A stretch of DNA of 36,609 bases from Thermodesulfobacteriota bacterium (lineage in GTDB: Bacteria > Desulfobacterota_D > UBA1144 > Nemesobacterales > UBA2774): positions 1 to 36,609 of the forward strand of contig JBIOKC010000003.1 of NCBI GenBank assembly GCA_044451425.1. The letters run 5' to 3'. Numbering within the stretch: position 1 is the first letter of the stretch; each line of letters begins with the position of its first letter. Positions 9,474 through 19,387 of the stretch are shown here, in pieces. The translations under genes were made by a program, and so were the position numbers. The notes under the pieces are model-generated. The model saw only the letters and a list, made by a program, of their open reading frames with translations, was not told the DNA's origin and searched no databases.

Positions 9474-10831
9474 AGAGAAGGAGGCTTATTTACGGCACGA
9501 ACGCTTTGATTTCCGTATTAAGCGTTTGCGGCATCCTCATCATACTGAATTACATTTTTTTCAAATCCGACGTCCGTATCGACATGACGGAAGCGAAGCT
9601 CTACACGGTCTCCGAGCACACGGTGGGCGTGATCAATAACATAAATGGAAATGTCGAGATTCTGGCGTTCTTCAAGGACATCGGTATGGACAAGAGTGAA
9701 TTTGAAGACCTGATAAAGGAATACACAAGGAGGTCGGGGAAGATAAAGGTCAGGTATGTGAATCCTGATAAAGAACCCGGTATCGCTAAAAAGTACGATA
9801 TCAAAGAGTACGGTGCTGTAGTGCTGATAGACGGTGAGCAGACTATTAAGCTCCGGCTCGCGGATCATATCTCGGGAGGAATTATCAAGAACGCCGAAGA
9901 GGAGATCACGAACGCTCTCTTCAAGCTTAACAGGGTGGTTCACAAGACGGTGTATTTCCTTACGGGGCACGGGGAACGCGACAGCGGGGACGATCTTGAG
10001 CCCGAGGGCCTGGGGGTACTTAAAGGCGCTCTCAAAGACGAAGGGTATGATGTGAAGGATTTTCTGCTCTTGAGAGGAAACGGGCTGCCGAAGAAAGACT
10101 CGGTGCTCATTGTGGCAGCCCCGAAACAGGCTTTGTCATTGAAGGAGATAAACGATATAAAAGAGTATCTCGACCAGGGAGGGAGGGCTATATTCATGTT
10201 AGAGCCCAGGTCCGGGAATGAGCTCGCCTTGATGTTGAAAAATTACGGGTTCGAAATAGCAAACGATATCATAATCGACCCAAGCTCGAAACTCGAAGGT
10301 GGAGGGGATATAGCTCCTATCGTCGCTCAATACGCCCATCACGACATCACGGAGGGATTCAGGTTCGCGACTATATTCCCCTATTCGAGGAGTATCGACA
10401 TTGTCGACCGGGACGGAGTTGATGCGACTGTCCTCGCGCATACGGGAGAATACAGCTGGTCGGAGACAAATTTCGAGCTATTTGATCAGGGCGTAGCTCA
10501 GCAGGATGCGGGTGACAAGAAAGGCCCCCTCGGGGTCGCTGCGGTCGAGGAGGACGGACACAAGTCCAGAGTAGCCGTATTCGGGAGCGCGGACTTCGTT
10601 TCGAATATTTTTATCGACTTTTCCGGTAACAGGGATTTCTTCTTAAATACCGTTAATTGGGTCGCGGGAGACGAGAACCTGATTTCAATCAGACCCAGAG
10701 CCGCTAAGGAGGGGAAATTAACGATTACGAAGAAACAGACTAATGTAATCTTTTTCTTTACTGTAATATTGATGCCGGCTGTTATCTTTTTCTCGGGTAT
10801 AGGTATATGGTGGAAAAGAAGAAGACTTTAA
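9470..10831 (+). CDS. GldG-family ABC auxiliary component
   Basis: N-terminal TM segment, RIDMT..KLYT, YFLTGHGE, NRDFFLNTVNW and a C-terminal TM segment ending WWKRRRL. Its ATG overlaps the permease stop (ATGA). Confidence 0.85.
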   Translation: MKRRRLIYGTNALISVLSVCGILIILNYIFFKSDVRIDMTEAKLYTVSEHTVGVINNINGNVEILAFFKDIGMDKSEFEDLIKEYTRRSGKIKVRYVNPDKEPGIAKKYDIKEYGAVVLIDGEQTIKLRLADHISGGIIKNAEEEITNALFKLNRVVHKTVYFLTGHGERDSGDDLEPEGLGVLKGALKDEGYDVKDFLLLRGNGLPKKDSVLIVAAPKQALSLKEINDIKEYLDQGGRAIFMLEPRSGNELALMLKNYGFEIANDIIIDPSSKLEGGGDIAPIVAQYAHHDITEGFRFATIFPYSRSIDIVDRDGVDATVLAHTGEYSWSETNFELFDQGVAQQDAGDKKGPLGVAAVEEDGHKSRVAVFGSADFVSNIFIDFSGNRDFFLNTVNWVAGDENLISIRPRAAKEGKLTITKKQTNVIFFFTVILMPAVIFFSGIGIWWKRRRL

Positions 10832-10836
10832 TATTC

Positions 10837-10859
10837 TTCACAAATCCGGGATTTGTGAA
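10837..10859 (+). terminator. Perfect inverted repeat, possible terminator or stabilising hairpin between the gldG-like gene and the DUF4340 gene
   Basis: TTCACAAATC-cgg-GATTTGTGAA (10-bp stem), followed by a pyrimidine-rich tract (TCTCTCTTT). Confidence 0.45.
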
Positions 10860-10894
10860 TCTCTCTTTACTTATAGAAGTGAAGAGCCTATAAA

Positions 10895-11833
10895 TTGAAC
10901 AGCTATATAAAAAGATTTGCCGGCACCATAATAGCGTTCGTGGTATTCATCCTGCTCCTTGCGTCTGTCCTCTTGTTCGACAAGGAAAAACATATAGAGA
11001 CCAAATTGGAAAAAGTCTTCCCCTCTATGAATACCGCGGAGATTTCATCTATCAGGATGAAATCCGCAGGTCGCGAATTCGTTCTCGAGAAAGGAGACGA
11101 AGGCTGGACAGTACAGATTGATTCAAAGAAGCTCAAAGCCGCTAAAGACATCGTGGATGACCTGATTAAGAATGTCAAGGATATGGAAGTCGAGAAACTG
11201 GTCACCAGGGATTCCAGTAAGCTTAAGGACTACGGGATTGTCGCTTCCGTTACGGAGTTTTCGGTTAAGACGAAGGACACTGAGTATCCTTTGATAATTG
11301 GAGATCAAAGTCCCATTGGCTCGGGTGTTTATGTTTATGATCTCGGTGAGGGAAGGGTTATCATCGTTAAATACGAATACCTTCAGGGGTTCATGAAGAA
11401 GAACCCCGAAGACCTGAGAGATAGGAAAATATTGACCTTCGATAAGGAGAGCGTCAACAGCATAATATTCAAGGTCGGCGGTTTCTCGGCTGATCTCATG
11501 AAGGAGAAAGGGAAGTGGGTCGAGGTAATGAATCTGGACCGCCATACGGCGGATCGAAAAAAGATACGCGAGATTATTGATTCCTATTCCGAAATGAAGA
11601 CAGACGGGTTTCCGGATGACAAGCCTCTGGATTTAGATAAGTACGGCTTGGTAAACCCGACCGCCGAGATTAAATTTTACGCGGGGGGAAAAGAAGTGGC
11701 CGTATTATTCGGAAAAAGGAAAGATGAAGAGAATTATTACGTCAAATTGAGCAATGCGGATCCGGTTTATTCTGTCTCTAAGAAATATTTCAATATGCTG
11801 CCTAAGAATAACGACGAGGTTCTGGGCGAATGA
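10895..11833 (+). CDS. DUF4340-type membrane-anchored protein
   Basis: N-terminal TM anchor and two repeats carrying L..YG(L/I), with the LRDRKI motif between them. It occupies the usual fourth position of GldAFG-like operons. TTG start. Confidence 0.75.
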   Translation: MNSYIKRFAGTIIAFVVFILLLASVLLFDKEKHIETKLEKVFPSMNTAEISSIRMKSAGREFVLEKGDEGWTVQIDSKKLKAAKDIVDDLIKNVKDMEVEKLVTRDSSKLKDYGIVASVTEFSVKTKDTEYPLIIGDQSPIGSGVYVYDLGEGRVIIVKYEYLQGFMKKNPEDLRDRKILTFDKESVNSIIFKVGGFSADLMKEKGKWVEVMNLDRHTADRKKIREIIDSYSEMKTDGFPDDKPLDLDKYGLVNPTAEIKFYAGGKEVAVLFGKRKDEENYYVKLSNADPVYSVSKKYFNMLPKNNDEVLGE

Positions 11834-11924
11834 CCCGCCTCAGCGCTTTCCCTTAATACTACCTTGACAGGACGGATTCCCACTCTAACGGTACGTCGGA
11901 TTTGCTAAGCGCACTCGGAGCGCT

Positions 11925-13721
11925 TTATTTGTCTTTGTCCTTCACATCGAGCTTCAGGCCGAGTTCGAGGAGTTGGCCCGGCTCAACGCCGGACGGAGCC
12001 CCCGTGAGAGGGCACGCACCTTTCTGAGTCTTCGGAAACGCAATAACGTCCCTAATGGAGTTCGCCCCGGTTATGAGCATCACAATCCTATCGAGTCCAA
12101 GGGCTATACCTCCATGGGGCGGGGCTCCGAATTCGAGCGCTTCCAGCAGGAAACCGAATTTCTCCTTCGCCTGCTCTCGGGTGAGCCCTATGGCGCGGAA
12201 TATCTTCTCCTGGATGTCTTTACGGTAGATTCTTATGCTCCCTCCGCCTATCTCTACACCGTTCAGAACCACATCGTATGCCCTGGAGGCGACCTTCCCC
12301 GCTTTTTCCTCCAGCAGGTGCATGTCTTCCTCCTTGGGCGATGTGAACGGGTGGTGCATTGCGACGTACCGCTTCTCGTTGTGGTCGTAATCGAGAAGCG
12401 GAAAGTCTTCCACCCACAGGAAATTGAATTTCCCATGGTCAATCATGCCGAGCTTTTCGCCGAGCTCGAGTCTCAGGTGGGAAAGCACCATGTTTACTAT
12501 ATATGGAGTATCGGCTCCGAAAAATACGATGTCGCCGTCTCCGAGAGACAGCTTATTCTGTAAATCCTGTTTTTCCTTATCGCTAAAGAATTTTATGATG
12601 GGGGACTGCCATTCGTCTCCGGTAACCCGTATCCAGGCAAGCCCCTTTGCTCCCAATGACTTTGCGGTCTCTCCGAGGTCGTCTATCTCCTTTCTCGACA
12701 GCTCGCCTGCTTTTCCCTTGAGCATGAGGGTTTTAATAATGCCTCCCTTCTTAATCGCACCGCTGAATACCTGAAAACCCGAGTCCCTGAATATATCCGT
12801 CACATCCGCGAGCTCGAGGCCGAACCTCGTATCGGGCTTGTCGGAGCCATACCTGAGCATCGCTTCCCCGTGCTTCATGCGTTTAAAGGGCGTCTGGATA
12901 TCGATGCCTTTGGCTTCTTTAAATATGGATTTAAGTATCCCTTCGACGACGGACATAATATCGTTCTCGTTCACGTAAGACATTTCGAGGTCCACCTGGG
13001 TGAATTCGGGCTGCCGGTCGGCCCTAAGGTCTTCGTCTCTGAAACAGCGCACGATCTGGTAATAGCGGTCTAACCCCGAGATCATGAGGGTCTGTTTTAA
13101 TAGCTGCGGGGATTGGGGGAGCGCATAGAATTCCCCGGGGTTTAGTCTACTCGGCACGAGGAAGTCCCTCGCCCCTTCGGGCGTAGATCTCGTGAGATAA
13201 GGGGTCTCAACCTCGATAAACCCCTGTCCGTTCAGGTAATTTCTCGTAGCCGAGACTACCTTGTGCCTCGTGAGCATATTGTCTTTCATGTGGGGGCGTC
13301 TCAGATCCAGGTATCTGTGCTGCAGTCTCAGCAGCTCATCGACCCTGATATCGTTTTCAATGAGGAACGGTAAAGGTTTAGATGTGTTGAGTATTCTTAA
13401 CTCTTTAGCTACGACCTCCACCTCACCTGTCGGGAGGTTCTTATTTATCGTTTCGGGGGAGCGGTTTGTAACCTTTCCGGATACGGCTATCACCCATTCG
13501 TCGCGAAGCATGGATGCTTTCTCGTGTGTCTCTTTATTGGTTTGGGGGTTGAAAACTACCTGCACGATTCCCTCTCTGTCTCTCAGATCGACGAAGATGA
13601 CGCCGCCGTGGTCTCTGTTCGACTGGACCCAGCCCATGAGCGTCACATCCCCGCCTATGTCCCCGGCCCTGAGGCTCCCGCAGTAGTCCGTCCTCTTCCA
13701 GTCCCCCATAAGTTCGAGCAT
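11925..13721 (-). CDS. aspS: Aspartate--tRNA ligase
   Basis: RDHGGVIFVDLRD, TPEGARDFLVPSR, motif 2 FRDEDLRADRQPEFTQ, HHPFT and motif 3 PPHGGIALGLDR. The His in RDHGG is typical of non-discriminating AspRS. Confidence 0.98.
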   Translation of the reverse strand: MLELMGDWKRTDYCGSLRAGDIGGDVTLMGWVQSNRDHGGVIFVDLRDREGIVQVVFNPQTNKETHEKASMLRDEWVIAVSGKVTNRSPETINKNLPTGEVEVVAKELRILNTSKPLPFLIENDIRVDELLRLQHRYLDLRRPHMKDNMLTRHKVVSATRNYLNGQGFIEVETPYLTRSTPEGARDFLVPSRLNPGEFYALPQSPQLLKQTLMISGLDRYYQIVRCFRDEDLRADRQPEFTQVDLEMSYVNENDIMSVVEGILKSIFKEAKGIDIQTPFKRMKHGEAMLRYGSDKPDTRFGLELADVTDIFRDSGFQVFSGAIKKGGIIKTLMLKGKAGELSRKEIDDLGETAKSLGAKGLAWIRVTGDEWQSPIIKFFSDKEKQDLQNKLSLGDGDIVFFGADTPYIVNMVLSHLRLELGEKLGMIDHGKFNFLWVEDFPLLDYDHNEKRYVAMHHPFTSPKEEDMHLLEEKAGKVASRAYDVVLNGVEIGGGSIRIYRKDIQEKIFRAIGLTREQAKEKFGFLLEALEFGAPPHGGIALGLDRIVMLITGANSIRDVIAFPKTQKGACPLTGAPSGVEPGQLLELGLKLDVKDKDK

Positions 13722-13763
13722 GAGAAAACTCCTTTGAAACTTGTATGCTTATAAAGACCAAAA

Positions 13764-13791
13764 ATCTTAACCTTTGTTAACGATTTGGCAA
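13764..13791 (-). promoter_or_regulatory. Putative sigma70 promoter for aspS
   Basis: TTGCCA-N16-TAAGAT on the minus strand, about 40 nt upstream of the GGAG RBS and ATG. Confidence 0.35.
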
Positions 13792-13968
13792 GACGGTCGG
13801 CTCGAATTCGGACACTCTCGTAGTGATCTTTGTATCTGCTATCACTGGCATAGCCGGAGATTAATGTTTACAATTGTCGGATGCGGTCTATGGCATTGAA
13901 GAACGTACATATATTCCCGGGAGGGCGCAGTTCCGGACTTTCTGCTGCGTGATTCCGGTTCCCTTAAG

Positions 13969-15468
13969 ATGAATTCTCGAGTGCATGAAAAGTCAGCGTT
14001 AGATCTTTTAAGAGACAACTATCCTCTTTTAGTGATATTTTTACTGGGGCTCGGTCTCAGGATTCACAGGCTCGGAGCAGAGAGTATATGGTTCGACGAG
14101 GCGGTCTCGGTTGCGGCCTCGAAGCTCGGATTCATCGAACAGATACGATGGAACTTGACCGCGAGTGACAACAATCCGCCGCTCTATTACGCGTTACTAC
14201 ATGTCTGGGTACTAATATTCGGCGTCTCCGAATTAGCATTAAGACTCCCCTCAGCTATTATTGGATCCTTCAACATTCTGCTTGTTTATGCAGTCGGCAA
14301 TATGCTTTTCAATAAAAAAACGGGTCTACTGGCCGCCCTCATTCTGGCTCTTTCCGTATTTCATATTCAGTTCTCTCAGGAAGGAAGGGCGTACAGTCTA
14401 TCGGCTTTTCTCACTCTCCTTTCATATTATTTCTTTTTAAAGAGCGTCGCTGAGAGAAAGCGCGTCAACTCAATAGGGTATATCGTATCGAGCGTACTCT
14501 TGATGTACTCTCACTACTACGGTCTGTTCGTCATCCTTTCTCAAAATATCTACTGTGCGTGGCAATATACGACGCACAGGAAATCAGGAGCGCTTGACAT
14601 CAAAAAATGGATTGCGCTACAGGCGATTCTGGGAATTTTATATCTTCCGGGTCTTTATTTCCTGTACTGCCATACGATAGGGATTCAGAAAGGGTTCTGG
14701 CTTACCGCCCCTACATTAAAAGTAATTTTAGACTGCTTTGACTTGTATACGGGTTCGACCATTCTTCTGGTTATATTAACACTGCTGTCCTTATATTCCG
14801 TGATGGGTATCGGAGGCGTGGGCCTGAAGCTGTTTCCGGGAAGATTATCCGGCCAGTCGCAGAATCGGACTGAGCCCCGAGGTTTATCATATTCAAACGC
14901 GGTCGTTCTCCTTCTTGTATGGCTCTTTACACCTATAGCCGTCCCTTTTTAGATTTCACACATAACGACCCCGATATTCTTTTACAGATACACTATCGTG
15001 GGGTCTCTGGCGTTTTGTCTTCTGGCTGCGGCATGGGTAGCCGAAACGAATGATAACAGGCTCATTATTCCCATAGCGGGATTGATACTTGTTCTTTCCG
15101 CCATGAACGTTCTCGGATATTATCAACATATAGATAAGCCCGAATGGAGAGACGGCATTAGATATATAGAATCTAATGCGCGGGCCGGGGATGTTATAGT
15201 TACATATCCCGATTACGAGACAGCCGCCGCCGCTTATTACTCTAAGCGGGCTGATTTAAAGATCATACCGCTCACCGATGAATTTCTCGCGGGACAGGGT
15301 AAAGACGATAGAGAATACTGGCTAGTCATGTGCGATCGGTGGAAGGACAATATCGGCGATGCCAAGAGTACGATAGAGCGGAAGCTCTCGGAAAGGTACA
15401 ACGTTCTAAGCAGAAAGGACTATGAGTATCTTTACATATATCGTCTCGGGCAAAAACGGGGCAAATAG
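13969..15468 (+). pseudogene. GT-C fold glycosyltransferase (GT39/PMT_2-like) interrupted by one in-frame TAG at 14950-14952
   Basis: ORFs 13969..14952 and 14998..15468 share a frame. Read-through gives PIAVPF*ISHITTPIFFYRYTIVGSLAF, collinear with PILVPFLISLVSSPILIARYTIGASLAF in the intact paralogue at 16413. Motifs WFDEA, NPPLYY and SQEGRAY are present. Confidence 0.8.
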
Positions 15469-15512
15469 GTAAGAGTGTAAGCAAATTTTGATTTTAGAGG
15501 GTGATCGGTTTC

Positions 15513-16409
15513 ATGGCGAACGAGAATGAATTTCGGTCGGGTTTCGTAACGGTGATAGGCAGGCCCAACGTGGGCAAGTCAACGCTGATCAACGCCGTCA
15601 CCGGCGCGAAGATTGCGGCGGTATCGGACAAGCCTAATACGACGAGGAACAGGATTCTCGGTGTCAGGACGCTTCCCGACACGCAGCTCATATTCATCGA
15701 TACCCCCGGCATACACAAGGCCAGGGGAAAGCTCGGCAAGGCGATGGTGCATACGGCAATGTCGGCAATCGAAGAGGCGGACGTGATTTTGATGATGATC
15801 GAGGTGAAGTCCCCTTTCGAGAAAGGGGACAGGTTTATTATCGAGAATCTTCCGAAACCCGCAATTCTGGTCATTAACAAGATAGATACCGTAAAGAAGA
15901 GTGAGATACTGGGTATTATCGAGGAATCGATGAGGTTCGAGGGGAAGTTCCTCGAAGTGATTCCGTTGTCCGCCATGAAAGCGGACGGTATAGACGACCT
16001 GCTTGCAACGATCGTGAAATACCTGCCCGAAGGGCCTGAATACTTTCCCAGAGACATGATAACTGACCAGCCCGAAAGATTCCTGGCAGCCGAGTTCATA
16101 AGGGAGAAGATATTCCAGCTGACCAAGCAAGAGATTCCTTATAAGACCGCGGTCGTAATCGAGGAATTTAAGGATGTCCCGGAGAAGAAGCTCGTCAGGT
16201 TATCGGCAGTTATCAATGTTGAGAGGAGCAGCCACAAGGGGATTATCATCGGGAAGAAAGGGGAGATGCTCAAGGAGATTGGGAGCCTCGCCCGTGAAGA
16301 TATAGAAAGGATGCTGGGAGCGAAAGTATTCCTCGAGCTGTGGGTGAAGGTGAGCGAGAGGTGGACGGAGAGAGAGAATCTCATAAGAGATTTCGGCTAC
16401 GGTATCTGA
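15513..16409 (+). CDS. era: GTPase Era
   Basis: G1 GRPNVGKST, G2 TTRN, G3 DTPG, G4 NKID and KH domain IIIGKKG. The ATG at 15513 follows a GAGG RBS. Confidence 0.97.
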   Translation: MANENEFRSGFVTVIGRPNVGKSTLINAVTGAKIAAVSDKPNTTRNRILGVRTLPDTQLIFIDTPGIHKARGKLGKAMVHTAMSAIEEADVILMMIEVKSPFEKGDRFIIENLPKPAILVINKIDTVKKSEILGIIEESMRFEGKFLEVIPLSAMKADGIDDLLATIVKYLPEGPEYFPRDMITDQPERFLAAEFIREKIFQLTKQEIPYKTAVVIEEFKDVPEKKLVRLSAVINVERSSHKGIIIGKKGEMLKEIGSLAREDIERMLGAKVFLELWVKVSERWTERENLIRDFGYGI

Positions 16410-16412
16410 TAA

Positions 16413-17882
16413 ATGAAGATAGAATCATTTCCCGGATTCCTGAAAGACAACTACCTTATTATACTCATCTTTATTGTCGCCGCCATACCGAGGTTCTTCG
16501 GTCTTGAACGTGAAGGCATATGGTATGACGAAGCGGTCTCGATCTCGGTCTCCAAGCTGGGATTTGCCGATATTTTCAAGTGGGTTTTCAATAATACCGC
16601 CGAGACTAACCCGCCTTTTTATTATATGATTCTTCATTGCTGGATTCCTGAGTTCGGAGATTCCGAATTTGTTTCTAGGATACCATCCGCATTTTTCGGC
16701 TCGTTATCCATTTTTGCTATATACGCCGTAGGCAAGCTTCTCTCCGATAAAAAGACCGGACTCATCGCAGCCCTGATACTCGCAACTTCCGTCCTCCACA
16801 TAAGTTTTGCTCAGGAGGCTAGGGGTTATACCCTGATGGTCTGTCTGATACTGGCCTCTTACTACTCTCTCCTGCAGCTCACCATTAAAAGAAGAACGTT
16901 ATACACTATTACATATATAGTTTCGACCGTCCTTCTTGTCTACACGCATTATTACGGAGTAATGATTGTTCTGGCTCAGAATATTTTCTGTTTTACGCTG
17001 CTTTTGAAGAATAAGAAAATCGGAGTGCTCGGCATAGGCTGGTGGCTGAAGCTTCAGGTAATAACGGGTTTATTTCTACTGCCCGGCCTTTTTTCCCTTG
17101 CGGTAATAGCGCTCAAAATACAAAAGGGGTTCTGGGTTCCGGAGCAGTCCACCGAGGACGTTTGGCAATATTTCAATAAATATGCTGGTTCCATCTATCT
17201 ATTGGTTTTATTTCTTGCGTTTACTTTGTACTCAGTAGCCGGTCTCAGGAAAGTTAAATACAGGCGAGAGAATAAGAAATCCGGAAAACCCGCGATAGAG
17301 CTTGCCGATACAGTCAGGATATCGGAGGGGGGGAGGCTCTATATGCTCCTTCTGTGGATGGTCGTGCCCATCCTGGTTCCGTTCCTGATCTCGCTCGTTT
17401 CTTCTCCGATACTGATAGCCCGCTATACAATCGGAGCTTCTCTCGCCTTTTATCTACTCGCGTCCAAAGGGATCGGGAATATGAATAAATTATGGCTGTC
17501 GCTTGCTGTAGCGGGATTGATAGTGGTTTTTTCTTGTTTCAATATCACCGGTTATTACAAAAGCGTTGGAAGGCATCAGTGGAGAGAGCTGATGAGCTAT
17601 ATAGAATCTAACGCACAATCTGGCGATGTAATCGTGGTATCGCCTATCTATGAGAGCGTTACGGCTGAGTACTATAATAAAAGGAAGGATTTGAGAATAA
17701 TTCCGCTCGGAAGAAAATTCCCTTCGTTTGAAGGTTTGGGTGACAGAAATATATGGTTTGTTTTTCATGCCCATCCCGAAAGCCGTGAGAATGCCAGAAA
17801 AGGGCTCGGCGGAAAGTATTACATAACCGAAAAGCACTACTATAGGCTCGACCTGTTTCAGCTCAGGGAGAAAGGAAATTAA
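16413..17882 (+). CDS. GT-C fold glycosyltransferase (GT39/PMT_2-like), intact paralogue
   Basis: Multi-TM protein with WYDEA, NPPFYY, AQEARGY and YTHYY, plus a C-terminal soluble domain. Confidence 0.85.
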   Translation: MKIESFPGFLKDNYLIILIFIVAAIPRFFGLEREGIWYDEAVSISVSKLGFADIFKWVFNNTAETNPPFYYMILHCWIPEFGDSEFVSRIPSAFFGSLSIFAIYAVGKLLSDKKTGLIAALILATSVLHISFAQEARGYTLMVCLILASYYSLLQLTIKRRTLYTITYIVSTVLLVYTHYYGVMIVLAQNIFCFTLLLKNKKIGVLGIGWWLKLQVITGLFLLPGLFSLAVIALKIQKGFWVPEQSTEDVWQYFNKYAGSIYLLVLFLAFTLYSVAGLRKVKYRRENKKSGKPAIELADTVRISEGGRLYMLLLWMVVPILVPFLISLVSSPILIARYTIGASLAFYLLASKGIGNMNKLWLSLAVAGLIVVFSCFNITGYYKSVGRHQWRELMSYIESNAQSGDVIVVSPIYESVTAEYYNKRKDLRIIPLGRKFPSFEGLGDRNIWFVFHAHPESRENARKGLGGKYYITEKHYYRLDLFQLREKGN

Positions 17883-17917
17883 AGTTGCGTATATCCACGC
17901 CATCTGCCTTTTTCATT

Positions 17918-18709
17918 CTATTTGCCTTTGAAAATCGGCTTCCTTTTCTCGGCGAACGACCTCTGCCCTTCCTTATAATCCTCACTTCCCTGTACGCTCA
18001 GGGTCAGCTTTTTTAAAAGCTCCTCGTCTTCTCCTCTTATAACCTGGTTCCTCTGCCAGATGCTCACCATCTCTTTCAATACCTTAAGGGAGAGCGGGGC
18101 ATTTTCCATCATCTCTCTCACCGTATCGTATGTGAATTTTTCAAGCTCGGAAGCAGGTACGACGAAGTTGACGAGACCCATTCTCTCGGCCCTCCGGGAG
18201 TCAACCGGCTTTCCGGTCAGGAATAGCTCTTTCGTGTAGCCGGGCCCAATCAGGTTAAGGAATGTCCGGATGCCCCTGTATGAGTAAATAACCCCCAGTT
18301 TTGCGGGCGGCATCCCGAAGAGGCAGTTGTCGACAGCGATTCTGAGGTCGCATGTCGCTGCAATTTCGAGCCCGGCTCCGAATGCGTGCCCGTTCATCAT
18401 CGCAATAACCGGGTAGGGGAAATTCTCTATCGCTTTAACTGCCTTAGGGAGGGGATTGTCTCCCGAATGGTTTCTAATCATGTCGTCTTTGCCGATCGAG
18501 CTTATGTCGTAGCCCGACGAGAAAGCTGTCTCTCCCGCGCCTCTTATGACTACACACCTTATCCTATCGTTGTCCTGTACGCTTTCGAGGACCGACTTAA
18601 GCTCAAGGAGCATTCCGGGAGTGAGGAGGTTCCTCTTGTCGGGCCTGTTGAAAACTATCCTCAAAACTCCTCCCTTATCCTCGGCAATCAGCTCTTTTTT
18701 CTCTGTCAT
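17918..18709 (-). CDS. Enoyl-CoA hydratase/isomerase (crotonase) family protein
   Basis: NRPDKRN, AFSSGYDI, NGHAFGAGLE, CDLRIA and EGQRSFAEKRKP. The ATG at 18709 follows GGAG. Confidence 0.92.
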   Translation of the reverse strand: MTEKKELIAEDKGGVLRIVFNRPDKRNLLTPGMLLELKSVLESVQDNDRIRCVVIRGAGETAFSSGYDISSIGKDDMIRNHSGDNPLPKAVKAIENFPYPVIAMMNGHAFGAGLEIAATCDLRIAVDNCLFGMPPAKLGVIYSYRGIRTFLNLIGPGYTKELFLTGKPVDSRRAERMGLVNFVVPASELEKFTYDTVREMMENAPLSLKVLKEMVSIWQRNQVIRGEDEELLKKLTLSVQGSEDYKEGQRSFAEKRKPIFKGK

Positions 18710-18750
18710 AACGGTCTCCGGACTCAATTAACTGGATCAACAATCTAGTA

Positions 18751-18804
18751 TTGACACACGACCCGCTTTGTCAAATTTCCAGCCGCCGGAAACAGCGGGC
18801 TGGA
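18751..18804. promoter_or_regulatory. Divergent control region: opposed TTGACA hexamers followed by a GC-rich hairpin
   Basis: TTGACA (18751-56), 12 nt, TGTCAA (18769-74). Hairpin TCCAGCC...GGAAAC...GGCTGGA (18778-18804) lies upstream of the zinc-ribbon genes. Confidence 0.35.
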
Positions 18805-18860
18805 GCAATTTGCAAAATTTAGTTATTATTAATGACCTATTATGTGTCGGGAGCCATAAG

Positions 18861-19364
18861 ATGCCATTATTCGAATTTGAGTGTGATAAGTGTATGGACA
18901 GGTATAACAGGGATATTGACGCTTTAGTTGCCAAGCTCAATAAAACCAATGCCTCAAAGATAAAAAAAGAGAATCCGGGTTTTCTCTATATCGAGGTCAG
19001 GGACGGCGATAAGGAGAAGCCGCTTTTCGCTCTGGGTGAAAAGAGCGGAAGCCGGAATGCCAGGAGGTTCCGTTATAAGCTGGATAAAGATAAAATACTA
19101 TCTCTTGAGCTCAGGAATTTCAGGTTCAGCTCGCTTGTGTATGAAAAAGAGGAGGAAAAAGATGTGACGTGCCCTATTTGCGGGGCAAAGGGTGTGCGCA
19201 GGGTATTTTCGACATTCAAGGCAATATTCGACGACAAGAGCAAGAGGGCGCCCGGTCGCGGGGACGAGCTCAGATGGCACCTTGAGTATAAACAGCAGAA
19301 AGACGAAGAAATAAAGAACGACTGGGTAGGTTACGATCATCTGAATCAGTATTTCAACAGATAA
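18861..19364 (+). CDS. FmdB-type zinc-ribbon protein with a 75-aa internal insertion (copy 1)
   Basis: The ATG at 18861 follows GGGAG. Sequence reads MPLFEFECDKC [75 aa] FRFSSLV...VTCPICGAKGVRRVFSTF, matching the FmdB (CxxC_CxxC_SSSS) pattern split in two. Confidence 0.8.
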   Translation: MPLFEFECDKCMDRYNRDIDALVAKLNKTNASKIKKENPGFLYIEVRDGDKEKPLFALGEKSGSRNARRFRYKLDKDKILSLELRNFRFSSLVYEKEEEKDVTCPICGAKGVRRVFSTFKAIFDDKSKRAPGRGDELRWHLEYKQQKDEEIKNDWVGYDHLNQYFNR

Positions 19365-19387
19365 AAAATCTATAGCGAGGGAATTAA

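Noticed and set aside
7794-11833. Gliding motility system inferred from the GldA/F/G-like genes
   Set aside because: This ABC plus DUF4340 cassette is widespread in non-gliding bacteria, and no other gld/spr genes are present.
14950-14952. Genome-wide TAG recoding or pyrrolysine
   Set aside because: TAG ends hisIE, glmU and glmS at their expected termini. The site is a Leu in a membrane segment of the paralogue, and no pyl genes are in the window.
18768-18860. N-terminal extension of zinc-ribbon copy 1 in the ORF track
   Set aside because: The ATG at 18861 has an RBS and gives the canonical MP start matching copy 2. The extension overlaps the promoter and hairpin region.
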